A stretch of DNA of 64,000 nucleotides from Trichosphaerium sp. ATCC 40318 (GCA_038496445.1 JALMLS010000207.1:1-64000), one strand, 5' to 3'. Positions 12,795 to 24,905 are shown, counted from the stretch's first letter. Translations and numbers: made by a program. Notes: generated by a model from the sequence alone, not told the origin.

Positions 12795-13945
12795 CCTGTT
12801 GATAAAATTAAAACGCTAAAAAGACGTTGATTTATGCAAGACGTACTATGGCACGTTCTGATGCCATTGAAACAGATAGACCTTCGATTAAGGTAAAAGA
12901 CGTTACGAAAGTTTTTAAGAAAACTTACTGGAGGAACGCCAAGAGCTTTCTGGCTTGCAGTCATTACGTAATCGATACCCATTCATCCATTCGCAACTCT
13001 TCTCCAGCTAATTAAATTTTAGAAATTCATGTATCTTAAGTTGATTACCTGATGCACAGACCCATCAACTATAATTAATGTATCTGGTGATACTTCTTTA
13101 CAACTGCAGCAACGATTTCACATCTAAACTTTGTTAAGCGTGATTCACGTGTAAAGGTTTACCCGCTAGTACTCCAGTACTGGTATCAACATGGGTTATC
13201 GTAACGCCACGATACTTCTTACTCGATAGAGCTTTCTATTTACAGTGTTTGCGTTGTTTTTTACCTAATGATCACTTGAACAATTAAAACAACTCGTACC
13301 TTTATATCTTCCATTGATGAAAAGTTCCAGCAGGTCCTTGACTATATCTGCATTTACATTGTATGATTTGAACTAACGATACTTTTTGCACAAAACAACA
13401 AACTGATTATACGTTTCACGCACGTGTTCAAAAATCGTCACCGAACTATTTTGTAACTGTCATACAACAAAAAAAAACGCTTTAAAAAGGTCACGTACGT
13501 ATCCTGAGCTAATGATAAGAGCGTCGCTGTCCTTTTGGAAAGAAAAAGTTACAAACACTTTTTGTAAAATAGCTAAATACATACTTGTTCAAACAATTAA
13601 CTACAGTTGCATCCCATCCTAAGGTGCCTATTCGTTTATTAGACGATGTTTACTGAGTTTTTTAATGTACCTGAGGCTGAAATTACAAACGTTTGCCCTT
13701 TTTTACAGCAAAATACCTTCTATACATCATAAGCTACAGTCAGCGTAAACAACCAGTACCTAGGTTTATTAACAACTTCAGAGAAGATTTTAATGAATAC
13801 AGCGATACGTGGCTCTCTGGCGCCTTCCTAGGCGACTTGTCATTTGTTTTTAGTGAAAATGACATAAACATACCTAGCGCTTCGAGAACTTGTGGATCGA
13901 CCTCGATTCCTGTATCATTAAAATAGGGCTTGAAGATGCGCTCAT
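12795..13945 (-). pseudogene. Truncated, frameshifted 5' copy of the aminotransferase gene
   Basis: Retains the ATG at 13945 and [12 protein letters not shown], but has many indels and lacks all exons corresponding to 4168-5051. Confidence 0.75.
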
Positions 13946-14648
13946 GATTGTTTAGAATGGATGAAAAGTCAAAAATAGTCAAAGAAATAAAGACTTCGAA
14001 ATTATTATTATATTTTATTAACGTCAACGGTCTTCCTTTCGGAAAACCTAAGTTCTACTGTCCACTAAGACACTACAAGAGGTAAACTCTGAACTTCTAG
14101 ACGCAGCCAGGTTATTATGGCACTGATAAAAAAAAAGGGGAAAAAACAAGAAAGATACAATATACAGAAAAGAGACAGGTGACCTAGAGTTTCAAACAGT
14201 GTGAGACCATTATGCCATAAACTTATAATAGTGAACCATGCTAAACGTAAGCTTCTAACCTAACTTCTCCATACTAACTTCAACTATAAAAAGGAAAGCC
14301 CGTAAGAATAGAAACAAATGTAAAAGAAAGAAAGAGGAGAAATTTCAAGATACTAAAGACCTAAGATATTTCTAATATTGTCATTAGCCAATGCAAAAAC
14401 CCTCGGCCCTAGGTAACGCCCACCGATTTCTTATATGTGAAATCTTTCTTACAACGTGAAATAATATCTTCTATATAATAAAGCAATCAGTACCAATTTC
14501 AAATATGGATTTTTAAGGAATTCCATATGATTTGGTAGACTTATTATTCATTGTTTTGTAGTTGAAAAATACTAGCCTTTTAGACATGATTTCCATATGT
14601 AAATAAACAAAATTAGTTCTTATTAATTCAAATATAAGGTAGAATTCC
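12795..14648 (+). repeat. Direct copy of 5052-6954 (AGT 5' half, its upstream region, and the first 164 bp of the element)
   Basis: Colinear near-identity with 5052-6954, differing mostly by 1-nt deletions. A second CAGTACC end begins at 14488. Confidence 0.93.
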
Positions 14649-15436
14649 GTATGGATTTTGTGAGAATTCCTTTGAAAAATATTTTGTGAAAATTCAAAAT
14701 TATTCATTATTTCGACAACTATCAAAGCCTTACCTAACCAAGTTTTTTTTTAGTAAACCACATCGTCACCCTTTTATTGGTGTAGAAAACCAATGGATAC
14801 AACGAAAAGACGTTTAATCAAAAAGTAAGCGAGATAAGTATTTTGTGATTTTCGTTAGCAGTGATATTTCTATATCGCTTACTAATCCGTTTTGAGGCTT
14901 GTAAGCATTTCAAAGGCCTTTACACACCACTAGGACACGCATTTAGGGCATTAATCTCAAGTACGTTGTTTTTGAAGGTTATTTCCATTAATTTATCAAA
15001 AACTACTCTTTTCTTATTTTAGCTTCTACGAATGCGTTATTAGCAATTTATGATTGCAATACCAGGTGCGATAAAATTCTTGGCCAAAGATTGGAAAGAT
15101 TTGATGAGTTTGACCTTACACGATAGCGTGTGAACATTGCGTTTCGTAACTAAATTATCATTGGTAAATAAAACGAATTTTGTGCTACAAAACTTGATGT
15201 AAATATTGTAATTTTTTGGAATTTCATAAAAAATCCATTGGAATTCCGTTGTTAATCCTTAAGGAATTCCGTCCAGATTCTTTAAGGAATTCCATCCGGA
15301 TCCATAGGGAATTCCATTGGATTCCATAGGGAATTCCGTCCGGATTCCATAGGAATAAAGGAAGAGATTTTCCGCTTATAAATCCTTAGGATTTTAAGAC
15401 GGAATCCTTAAAAACCCCGATTTAAATTTACCACTG
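14643..15436. mobile_element. Partial inverted copy of nested element 1
   Basis: Reverse complement of 10371-11178, ending ...AAATTTACCACTG at the same insertion junction. Confidence 0.9.
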
Positions 15437-15437
15437 T

Positions 15438-16064
15438 ATGTACAATCAGCTGCACACGAACAGCTCCTACAACGCCCAGTTTGCCTACCACACAAAACCA
15501 ACCCAACAGATACAAGCTGAGACACCAGATACTCATCAGAAGGACGTGCAACAGCAACAAGAAGAAGATGTACAATCAGCTGCACATGAACAGCTGTTAC
15601 AACGCCTATTACTAGTTTGACCAGTGCAATGTTGAGTTTACCAATACAAAAACTAGATGTTGATAAAGCTATGGTACCCTATGTCCATGATGGTCTGGTA
15701 TCGTTCAAGGACTCTAAAACCCAACAAAATGTAGAAATGGCAATGGCTATGATGTGTTTTCCCAAAGAGTATTTGCCCATGCTACAGAAACGTACGACAG
15801 TTTTTTTTTTTTTTTTTTTTGTTGCAGTTGTGTTTGTCCAAATGTGCAAAGTACTCATGTGACATAGTGCAACGCCGCTATTTGGAGCAAGCTGGTGGGG
15901 AATTTGACCTGGGACAACAATTCTTGCTAACGAGGTCTCTGAAACGTAAACGCACCTCGGAAGAAGACGCAGAGGATTTTATGGACGTTGACAAAGATCC
16001 ACCCAAGTCTAGTGAAGAGCCACCGCAAAAGAGGCGAAGAACTTCAAAAAAATCCCAACAATAA
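15438..16064 (+). pseudogene. Transposon gene 1, 3' fragment (right arm)
   Basis: Inverted copy of 9736-10370 with the same C-terminus (PPQKRRRTSKKSQQ*). Confidence 0.8.
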
Positions 16065-16327
16065 AATAATGTATTTTCATATTATTTTATTGTTCTTACT
16101 TTTTTTTTCACTTTCAAGTTTTCTGGTAATTCCACAGTAGATCCACGTGAGTTTTCACGGAGTTTCATAGGAAAGGTAATGCCAGTTTGAACTAGCTGTT
16201 GTTTGGGCTTTAGCACAAGCAGTGTTTTTTTTTTCTTTTTGAGAACTTCTAAGAATTTCTTAGAGCTCACACTGCTCTTTGCCTACCAAACGTTTTAGAA
16301 CGCGTGAATCACCCCCACAAGAGCAGC

Positions 16328-18423
16328 ATGTCCCAACCAAAGCCCAAGAAGACACTGGAGTACCAACATATGGCCAAAACGATGGCTGCTCAGCAAAAGC
16401 AGGTGTATGGTACGTTACAATGTGCTTGTAAGCAAGCTTTTAACTTGTAACCTTTAGACAGCATTCAAGTGGTGTTGAATAGAATGAGTGAACAGACGAC
16501 GATGCTATTGTCAATACAAAAGGCTAGCAAATCCCATAATGCTGAGATACAGAAGCTAAAAGTCGAACTACAGCAACTGCTTAAACAGTTGGACAAAAAC
16601 CAAGACGAAATTCCTTTGGTACGATTACTTTTTTTTTCAAAATTCTTACTAATCTTGTAACCCATTTTAGCCGTTCAAAAAAGCAGTAATTAAAAGGTAT
16701 CTTTGGTACTGTCACTCGTACACGACCATGCTGGATGACCACTGCTTGAAGAAAGAGATAAATGAGCTGGCGCTGTGTAATATGAATAGACCAGTTCGTG
16801 TTAAGGATCTAGCACAACTAGATGTGTTCAGAACTAAGACTGTGTTCCATAAATCGGCAAGAACTATTAACAAGCTGTTACACTATGAGTTCAAAAACAA
16901 GAATGTCAAAGAAGAAGCGTTGCTAGATATGGATTTGTTGGGTACTCTTTTTCTTTGTTTTTTTTTAGGTCAACTGACACACGTTTAGTGCACAAGTGTT
17001 GGAACATTGCCCACGCTTTGATATCATCTGACCATGAACCCAAGCAAGACTATGCCGCCATGCAGATCTTTTACAAACATGTACAAAACTGACACTGATT
17101 TGAATAACCTTGGTATAGAAAATAAGAAAGGAGTTTGGCAAGTGGGCAACTGGAAAAGTAACGGATGAGTCTGTATCTGCCGAGTATTCAAAACTCATAA
17201 CCGAGTTTCCAAGATTTGAAAGAATAGCGAATGACCCTAACTACAGGCACCCAGATCTTTTGACTGCTCAGAACAGTGCGGCTGAAGCGGTATCCTAATG
17301 CTCTTTACATTATATGCACCTAACGCTCCATTCTAATAGGCTATATTGCTAGAAGATGGTTCAGGAGTAGTGGTGGACTTGCAGTCAGCGGGGTCGCGCA
17401 TGGAAGCTGGTAATAAAGGGTATTCTTTGCCTGGGTTCAATGATCACATTAGCCTCCCGCCAGAACCAGGCGTTGTGAGCCAGGACAGTGTTGTGGAGAG
17501 TCCTGTTGTACTTGCACTACTTTTGAATTCCACACCTAACGCCTTTGTTTTTGTAGTTCAAGTTGTTTGCTAACGAAGAGGTGGAAATTGGCAGGAACAA
17601 AGTGAAGCTGTTGGACTGTTTGCCACTCTTTTGCGAGGATTACATCTTTACCATGGATGCTCTTTTGGCTTTTTTGCACAACGATACACAATACACGCTA
17701 GTAGCTAAAGCACCTATTCTTCAGGGAAACTTTGTACGTTCCATGTGTTAAATGAAGGCGGTGACACTGACACTTTTATGCTGCAGAATGAACACAACTT
17801 GGATGAAGACTGTACCTCAATCTTTGTTGTTCCTCTATGCTACACTAACACCAGTGTTTGTGTTTGTGAACACCCTACTTTGGAAAAGTACGATGCGAAT
17901 GCACAGTGGCACTGGTCCATGTTGGTTTTTTATAAAGGCTCCTTTTCTTTTGTGGGTACGTACTGATTAAATGTCTTTGGCTTTGCAATAAACTTATTTT
18001 GTTTTAGCCAGAAAGAACTTGATGGATAATGCGTGTGTAGCTGTGAGGAAGCACTTTACTATAGATGAACAAAAAGACATTCACCAGGTCACATTTTCGG
18101 GCAATGCATCTCCTGGCGCATCAGCGCTCATACTCCTTAAAGCTGTTTGCTATGATTGGATTAAAACATGTGATACTGACAAGAACGCTATCAGAGTTTC
18201 AGGCACATACAAACAGCGTAAAGACTTGACTCAGAAAATACATCACCACACTGGCATTGACATCTGCTCCAAGTATCCTCATTGTGCGTTGTTGTTTTGC
18301 AATTGCAAGTGTTTGATGCTGATGCTTATTTTTTTAGTGCAACACAATAAATGGACTGTAGATTATTTGCACGATCAACTGGAGCAACATTCAGATTATT
18401 TCATCTTGCCTGTAAACCCTTGA
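16328..18423 (+). CDS. Transposon gene 2 (right arm): coiled coil plus degenerate Ulp1-like domain
   Basis: Inverted copy of 7377-9472 with a few substitutions and canonical introns. The stop could be ~18348 if gtatcc..tttag is spliced. Confidence 0.6.
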
Positions 18424-18514
18424 ATTGGTTTGTTTCTTAGAAAGTTTTTTGAACGACAGCTTGGAATACGATTTGCAATTGTAGTATTTAGTAATAAATA
18501 GAATTTTTATTTGT

Positions 18515-19790
18515 GGTTAATTCATACTTATTTTCAGCCTGAATTTTACCTTATTTTCCGCTGAATTCACACTTATTTTTCAGTCTGAATTCTACCTTAT
18601 TTTCCAGCTTAAATCTAGCTTGTTTTTGGGCTGAATTCACACTTATTTTTCTGTCTGAATTCTACCTTATTTTCCAACTTAAATCTAGCTTGTTTTTGGG
18701 CTGAATTCACGCTTATTTTTAAATATGAATTCTACCTTCAGGGCTGAAACTAAATAAGGCTTTTTTTGCAAAAGCCTTTTTTTTGCCACCAAATACAGCC
18801 TTATTTTTCACCAAATTGCCTTGTTTTTGCCAAAAAAAATGGGCAAATATGAGGCATTGCCTTGTAATTTTGGGCTTTGAAGCCTCATATTTGGGCCAAA
18901 TAGCAAGCAACTGGTTCACTAATTAGCCTTAAAATAGCCTGCATTGTTGGTCCAATAATGCCTCATTTTTTGTGCAACAATAAGGCATTTTTGCCCTCAA
19001 TTTTTGGGCATAACCCAGGCACCATATACTCATAAAACAAGGCTTTATATAGGCATACAATAGTGATTCATTTATTAAAGTACAGTACACAAAACACAAA
19101 AAACTTCAATGTCCTCCATGTGAAAAAAAACCTTTAGTTAAAAAAAAAAATTAACAAATTATTGGTATAATTTTCGCGGACTGGAAAAATGGTTTAAAGT
19201 ACCTATACTCCTGTTGTAGGTGTATTTGGGTGCTGCGGTTCGAATGGCGGTGGTTTCGTTAGAATCCATAAAATACTAAGAGCGTGGTGACGGCGTCTAT
19301 ATAAAACGTCAGTAGTAAATGAAAAAAAATGTTTAGAAAGTGTTGGTGTGGTGGAGACTTACCTTAAACCAATGTATCCTTAATGTACAATGTGTACACA
19401 ACCAATGCCTAATTGGTGCCTATAAATTTAAGGCTGGCAATGCATAAAAAAACTAGGGCAGGCATTGCCTAAAAAAAACAAGGCATTGCAACAATTAAGG
19501 CATTGCCCAACAAAACCTTATTTCAATGCCTGATTTTTGCCTTTTCTGCCATTGCCTTTGCAAAATCAGGCATTGCCATTTTTGCATGCCTGATTTTTGC
19601 CATCAATGCCTGATTTTAAAAAAATGCCTTCATATTTAAGGCAAAGCCTTGTTTAGTTTCAGCCCTGTTGGTTTTCAGTCTGAATTCTACCTTATTTTCC
19701 AGCTTAAATCTAGCTTGTTTTTGGGGCTGAATTCACGCTTATTTTCAATATGAATTCTACCTTGGTATTCATCTGGAATTCTACCTTACT
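18515..19790. repeat. Subterminal GAATTC array of the right end, split by nested element 2
   Basis: Reverse complement of 6940-7285, interrupted at 18739-19667. Confidence 0.88.
18739..19667. mobile_element. Nested non-autonomous TIR element 2 (929 bp), 2-bp TSD TT
   Basis: 25-bp TIR CAGGGCTGAAACTAAA(T/C)AAGGCTTT. The empty site is visible in the left arm (ctacc-TT-ggtttt), which fixes the TT duplication. Many subterminal GCCT/AGGC motifs. Confidence 0.93.
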
Positions 19791-19973
19791 ATTTGACATT
19801 AATTAAGAACTAATTTTGTTTATTTACATATGGAAATCATGTCTAAAAGGCTAGTACTTTTCAACTACAAAACAATGAATAATAAGTCTACCAAATCATA
19901 TGGAATTCCTTAAAAATCCATATTTGAAATTGGTACTGATGTTCCGTTTTTACCATTGATGCTACCTGTTCCA

Positions 19974-21289
19974 TTAATTGTTTGAATTGGAAAGAATGTC
20001 CTCTTCACCGTTGATAACATTCTGAGTTGCTAGTTTCAAATACCTTTAGGAACAGAAAAAGGAAGTTGTATTTCTCTGACAATTCCTTTCTGTTTGACTC
20101 AGAACTCTTCTCTGTACGTTTTATATGTTTGAGTTTTCCGCTTTTTTGGGCATGAAACAAAAAACATCGCAGCTACATATGCAACTCAAATCACGTTAAG
20201 TAAACTATTTTTATTATACACTTTACAGTTTAAAGACATCCTTTTGATCAATCAGCGAAGAAACCTTCACCTATAGCAATAATTCCTCTCAACCTTTGGT
20301 TTTCTGCTAGGGCTGTATTGAGGCGCTCGACCATATCCAAGCACATGCCACAGTACCCACACATTTCTTGTTGTGTAGTGACTGGATTATCGTTGGGACA
20401 TCGACTTAAATTCAACACAATACTCATAGAGGGTACATTGCTCTATGAGTTCACAATATTTCATTTGAGAGCACCTGAAATGAGTTGTCACTTTGTCCCT
20501 CATTGTTACAACCGAATAAAACAAGACCCTGAACGTAGTACTGGTACCCTTAATTTCAACGTGTTGTATTTTTAGAACAAAAAAAATTAATTGTATACTT
20601 ACTACGTACTGCAGGCTTTGAAAAAGTCTGTGCAGACAATGAAAACCCATTACCAGAAATGGTTATTCCTGACAGCCCATCACCCTTTGATTCTTTTATA
20701 CCCGTATGTCACGACAATGCAATGGATATAGACTTTGTCGACCCACCTTCGCCTGCCACAGAAGAGTTTCAATACTTAAAAAAAGGATGAGTTGATTTTC
20801 ACGTGGTTCACTGTTTTTTGATTTATACGTACTGGAATGGTTGATCTAATACAGAACTTTAGAAGGTTCTTACTTATTGACTCTGTATTTTTACCACAAG
20901 TCCATAATCGTTCGAAATCTATTTGGTCGATGTATACAAACCAACCTTTTTGTCTTCTTCCACTGTTGAATTGAACCTAGTAGATTCGTAAATTGTAGAA
21001 GACAAATAAAGTAAAACTATGTACTTACTTGGCATTTGGAGGCGTGGCGTATATTTTCTGTGCCATTTGTAAAAATGTTACAAATATTGTTGGCTTCTTT
21101 GCTTTGATGTTGCGCTCCATTGTTGTTGGTGTTGGGTTTTAACAAATGTGCAGATGGTCATAACACTTCTGTTCAATGAATTTGTTCCGAACGCTTAGTT
21201 TCGAACATTGTATTGTTTAATAAGGTACAACATATAACGGAGAAGTAAATGTAAATACAAAAAATATAATTATTGTCGACCATCGACAT
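19974..21289 (-). CDS. Hypothetical multi-exon protein (contains CGYCGMC)
   Basis: GT-AG bounded exons, e.g. QVQFNSGRRQKGWFVYIDQIDFERLWTCG and QQEMCGYCGMCLDMVERLNTALAEN. Both ends are uncertain. Confidence 0.5.
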
Positions 21290-21640
21290 TCTTTAGCGTA
21301 AAGAAAACTCGTACATTTTCAGAAAAAAAGTCGACTACAATCTGCTCTTTTTTTGCGTTCTGAACGGCCTTTGAAATTTGCTCCCCTGTAAACAACTTAC
21401 TTACTATGTGTACAAAGTTGAAAAATCAACAAAAACCAGCGTACGAACCTAGCTGATTTCGTACGACCAAGACTTAAGGAAATACAAATTACGAAATTTT
21501 TTCTGGTTCGAGTTAGGCAGAATTTCTCAATTTGCAACCGATTTGCATTACTAACACGTCTGGACAAACATACTTTATTTTGTTTGTTGTATTACAAGCA
21601 GCAATATGCAAAAGGGTGTTTTCTTTTTTCTTGATAGTTC

Positions 21641-22767
21641 TTAAGGAGATAGAACAGCTCTCTGCCAAACATCCAGTTCAGTGGTATCACGTGTGTATGA
21701 AGTGACATCATCTAAACCATTCTTGGCGCCAGCCCAGAATTCAAATCTTGTAGGTTCAATACGGAATGAGCCATAGTTCTCTGGGCGAGAAATGCCTAAA
21801 TGAAGCGTTAAGTTTTTCTTTTTGAAAGTGTTGTGTTTTGAACGTACTCGCTACTTTCTTTAACTCAACGTGTTTCTTGTTTATTTTATTTGCAACCTCT
21901 CCAATTGATTCTACTTCTTGACCAGGAACACTTGTAAGAGCAACTACAAACAACGTTAAGCGGGTAACTAAAAATCATTGAAAAAAAAAAGAACGCTGTC
22001 ATTGAAACAACTTCATATTAACGACGTTCCAGTAGTGAACGACGATAAAATATCCCTTACTGTCTATAGCTCAAATGGGGCAACGTTGATTATGCTTTAA
22101 AACACGTACGTAGTCGCTGTTGATGAGTTTTTGTGAAAAAGGCGCTATCACTTTCCTTATCTCCTGCCTCAACAATAGATCCTTCAATCCTGACAGATTG
22201 GTCACCTTTTGCCCAGTAGAACACCATGGCGCCTTTTGGATTTTCTAAAGCGTTGTGTAAGCCAAAAAAAAACGAAGTTGAATAAAGCTTATGTGCAGTC
22301 ATGGTATGCTGTAGAGAATGCACAACGTGGGTACCTTTAATTTCCTTTGCTTTACGGCTTTCTTTGTGTGTTTGGAACTGAAATCCACGCATGTCCCACT
22401 GTGTGAGTTTTACTACTCTGTTTGATGGTACACCATCAGGTGTCGCAGTTGCTAGTGTACATTTGCTAACTTCTACGTTTCCTTCCAATCGGACCGCTTC
22501 GTCATACCACTGTTTAAACACATTGAAAGGTGAAGATTGAGGCTTGCTACCAGAGAAATCATCGCCGTGAATGCGTTTAGCGGCAATACGCGTCAATGGC
22601 GCCTTTTTTGTTCTAATTCAGCGTCAATTGTTGTATTCAAGCATTGTAAAGAGGTAAAAGGCAGGCCCTGGCCTTTAGACTTTTGCGTACCTTTTGCTCT
22701 CTGTACGTCCTGTCATTGATGTATTGCGTGCGCATGTCGCATATCTAGAGAATTTTGAAACAAGCAT
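21641..22767 (-). CDS. PNPO: Pyridoxamine/pyridoxine 5'-phosphate oxidase
   Basis: PFNVFKQWYDEA, TLATATPDGVPSNRVVKL, SRKAKEI, NPKGAMVFYW, QSVRIEG, RFEFW and W...LSP* motifs. The N-terminus resembles a mitochondrial presequence. Confidence 0.88.
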
Positions 22768-23084
22768 TCGCCCCGTTGTGGTTTTTAGGTTTACTACGCG
22801 TTTAGTTAACCAACGATTGTGTTTAAGCGTTTTGAGATGTTAATTATGGTATTTAACGCGGTTTTACAACAATTTGATTATAACCCACAAAATGCAGCGC
22901 ATACGCTTATAAACACTGATAGCAGCCGATGAAAATCAAGCGTAAAATGCTAGCAAGCAAAGCTGAAAAAAACTACCATGATCATGACGTACTTGCGTAG
23001 GAGTGGGCTCGCCAGTGTTTTTTACAATCTTAGTGATTTCTTAGTTAAGCCAAGTGATTTCAACCTCATTGGTCATTCACCTTG

Positions 23085-24846
23085 ATGTTTAACGCTTGCC
23101 CTCGTGCTTTGATAGCGTTTAGAAGTCTTAGACATGTGACTCGCAACGTACGAATTGTATCTAAACGGAATATTCTAATATTTACGCGGTATAGCGTGTA
23201 GTGGGTAGGCGTTATGTGTCAAGGGAAGCCGTTAGAAACCTGAACCGCGAAGATTACGTTGGGTACTCCTAATTTCAATAAAACTGTTCTTACACGTCTA
23301 GCAATGACACTTTATACGGAAAAAAGCCAATGAGCCCAAAGTACTCGTACACTAAAAAAACAGCTGGTACGTTAAATAAAACAGCCCAGAATATAATCCA
23401 CGCGCTGGGGGCTCGCTAACATTTTTTTTTATAGCCTACCATCGCAACGCGTACTTTGAAACGATGAAACAAGGTGTAGATCCACTTAACGCGTTTATAC
23501 AGCATATGCCGCATATTCGAGACTACACATTAGCCAAGGATAGCCTTTTTGAACTAAAACGCGCTAAACGCATATCAGGCGGTAGAAGATCACGTCGCGC
23601 TTATACAATAATACTGTCATTATGTCCAACAGGATCTGATGCGGAATCTTGGTACAGCGAGATGAAACAACGGAATATACGTCCAGACACATACGTATTC
23701 AACCAATTAATCAGATCTGTCGGCGGATTGACGAATAACGAGATTTTGCCTGGACGTGTCAAGAGATGCTTAGAACTCTTCAACGAGATGCATAAAATAC
23801 GTATAGAGCCTAATGTATTAACATTTGATGCATTAATACGTGTTCACTCAAAATACGAGCTTTATGGTACTGCATTTAAGTTATACCAAACAATGATTAA
23901 GACATACGGAATCAAACCAGAGGTTGTTATTTATCAAGGTTTGTTCCATATGTGTGGAAAAGCAAAAGAACCTAAAAAAGCTGTACAGCTTTTCCATGAG
24001 ATGCGTGCACAGGATATATATCCAGATCAAGTTACATATAATATACTTATACAGTGTCTTGGAGAAACAGAGAAGAATTTAGCACATGCTATTTTTAAAC
24101 AGATGGTCAAAGATGAAAAAGTCCGTGTTGATAGTGTAACTCTTAATCATATTCTACGTATTGAAGACGATGTTGGTAATGCTTTAAAGATACTAGATGA
24201 TATGAACACAGGCGTATATGATGGTATTAAGCCTGATAGTGTATCGTACACTATGGTATTACAGTTGATGATAAAAAACAGTAGAATAGCTGAAGCTTTA
24301 GATCTTTTTCACAAAGCGAAGATTCGTATCATCAACGAGAAGACTGTTGTTCTTGATTCTGTTACATGGCATATTGTGATTAAAGCATGTATAAATGATA
24401 ACGAATTAGAGATGGCACGAGACTTATTCTATGAGCAGAAGGAACATATAAAACCGATAGCAAAGACTTTTGCTTCTCTGATTTCTGCTTTTTCAAAGGA
24501 TGATCCATCAACTGGTTTGAACTTCTTTGAAGAATATAAACTACTATATGCGCGTGGTAGACGTGATGTAGTGGTATATGAAGCAGTTGCAAGGTTACAC
24601 ATAGAACAAAAGAAATGGAGATACGCTTGTGACACAATGAGAAGCATGAGAGAAAGAAGTATGCTTCCTCCTATTCCATTGTACTTGGACCTTATTAAAG
24701 GATTGGAAGAGGCAGGTTTGTTTGTTGAACAAGATGAAATGCAAAAACAGCTAGATAGTGTTCGTGAAGGAAAGTTTAAAAAGGAACAAACCGTTTTTGA
24801 GAAGACATTACCTGCAAGCAATAACAAAAGAAACAATACAAAATAA
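23085..24846 (+). CDS. Pentatricopeptide repeat (PPR) protein, probably mitochondrial
   Basis: Repeated 35-aa motifs (IRPDTYVFNQLI, IEPNVLTFDALI, IYPDQVTYNILI, IKPDSVSYTMVL). Arg-rich N-terminal exon MFNACPRALIAFRSLRH. Confidence 0.9.
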
Positions 24847-24905
24847 AAAAAAAAATTCAAAACCTTGTAACCAACGTTTTTATTCGTCTTACAGTACATG
24901 TAGTC

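Larger units (their letters stand above)
6791..19938. mobile_element. 13.1-kb composite TIR DNA transposon / foldback structure (CACTA/CMC-like ends), no transposase visible
   Basis: Starts CAGTACCAATTTCAAATATGG at 6791 and ends with the exact reverse complement at 19938, with AT on both sides. 6791-11178 is an inverted repeat of 14643-19938, apart from one nested insertion. Confidence 0.85.

Noticed and set aside
6791-19938. Polinton/Maverick, endogenous virus or retroelement identity
   Set aside because: No pPolB, integrase, capsid, packaging ATPase or reverse-transcriptase motifs; no 5-6-bp TSD or LTRs; the genes have host-like introns.
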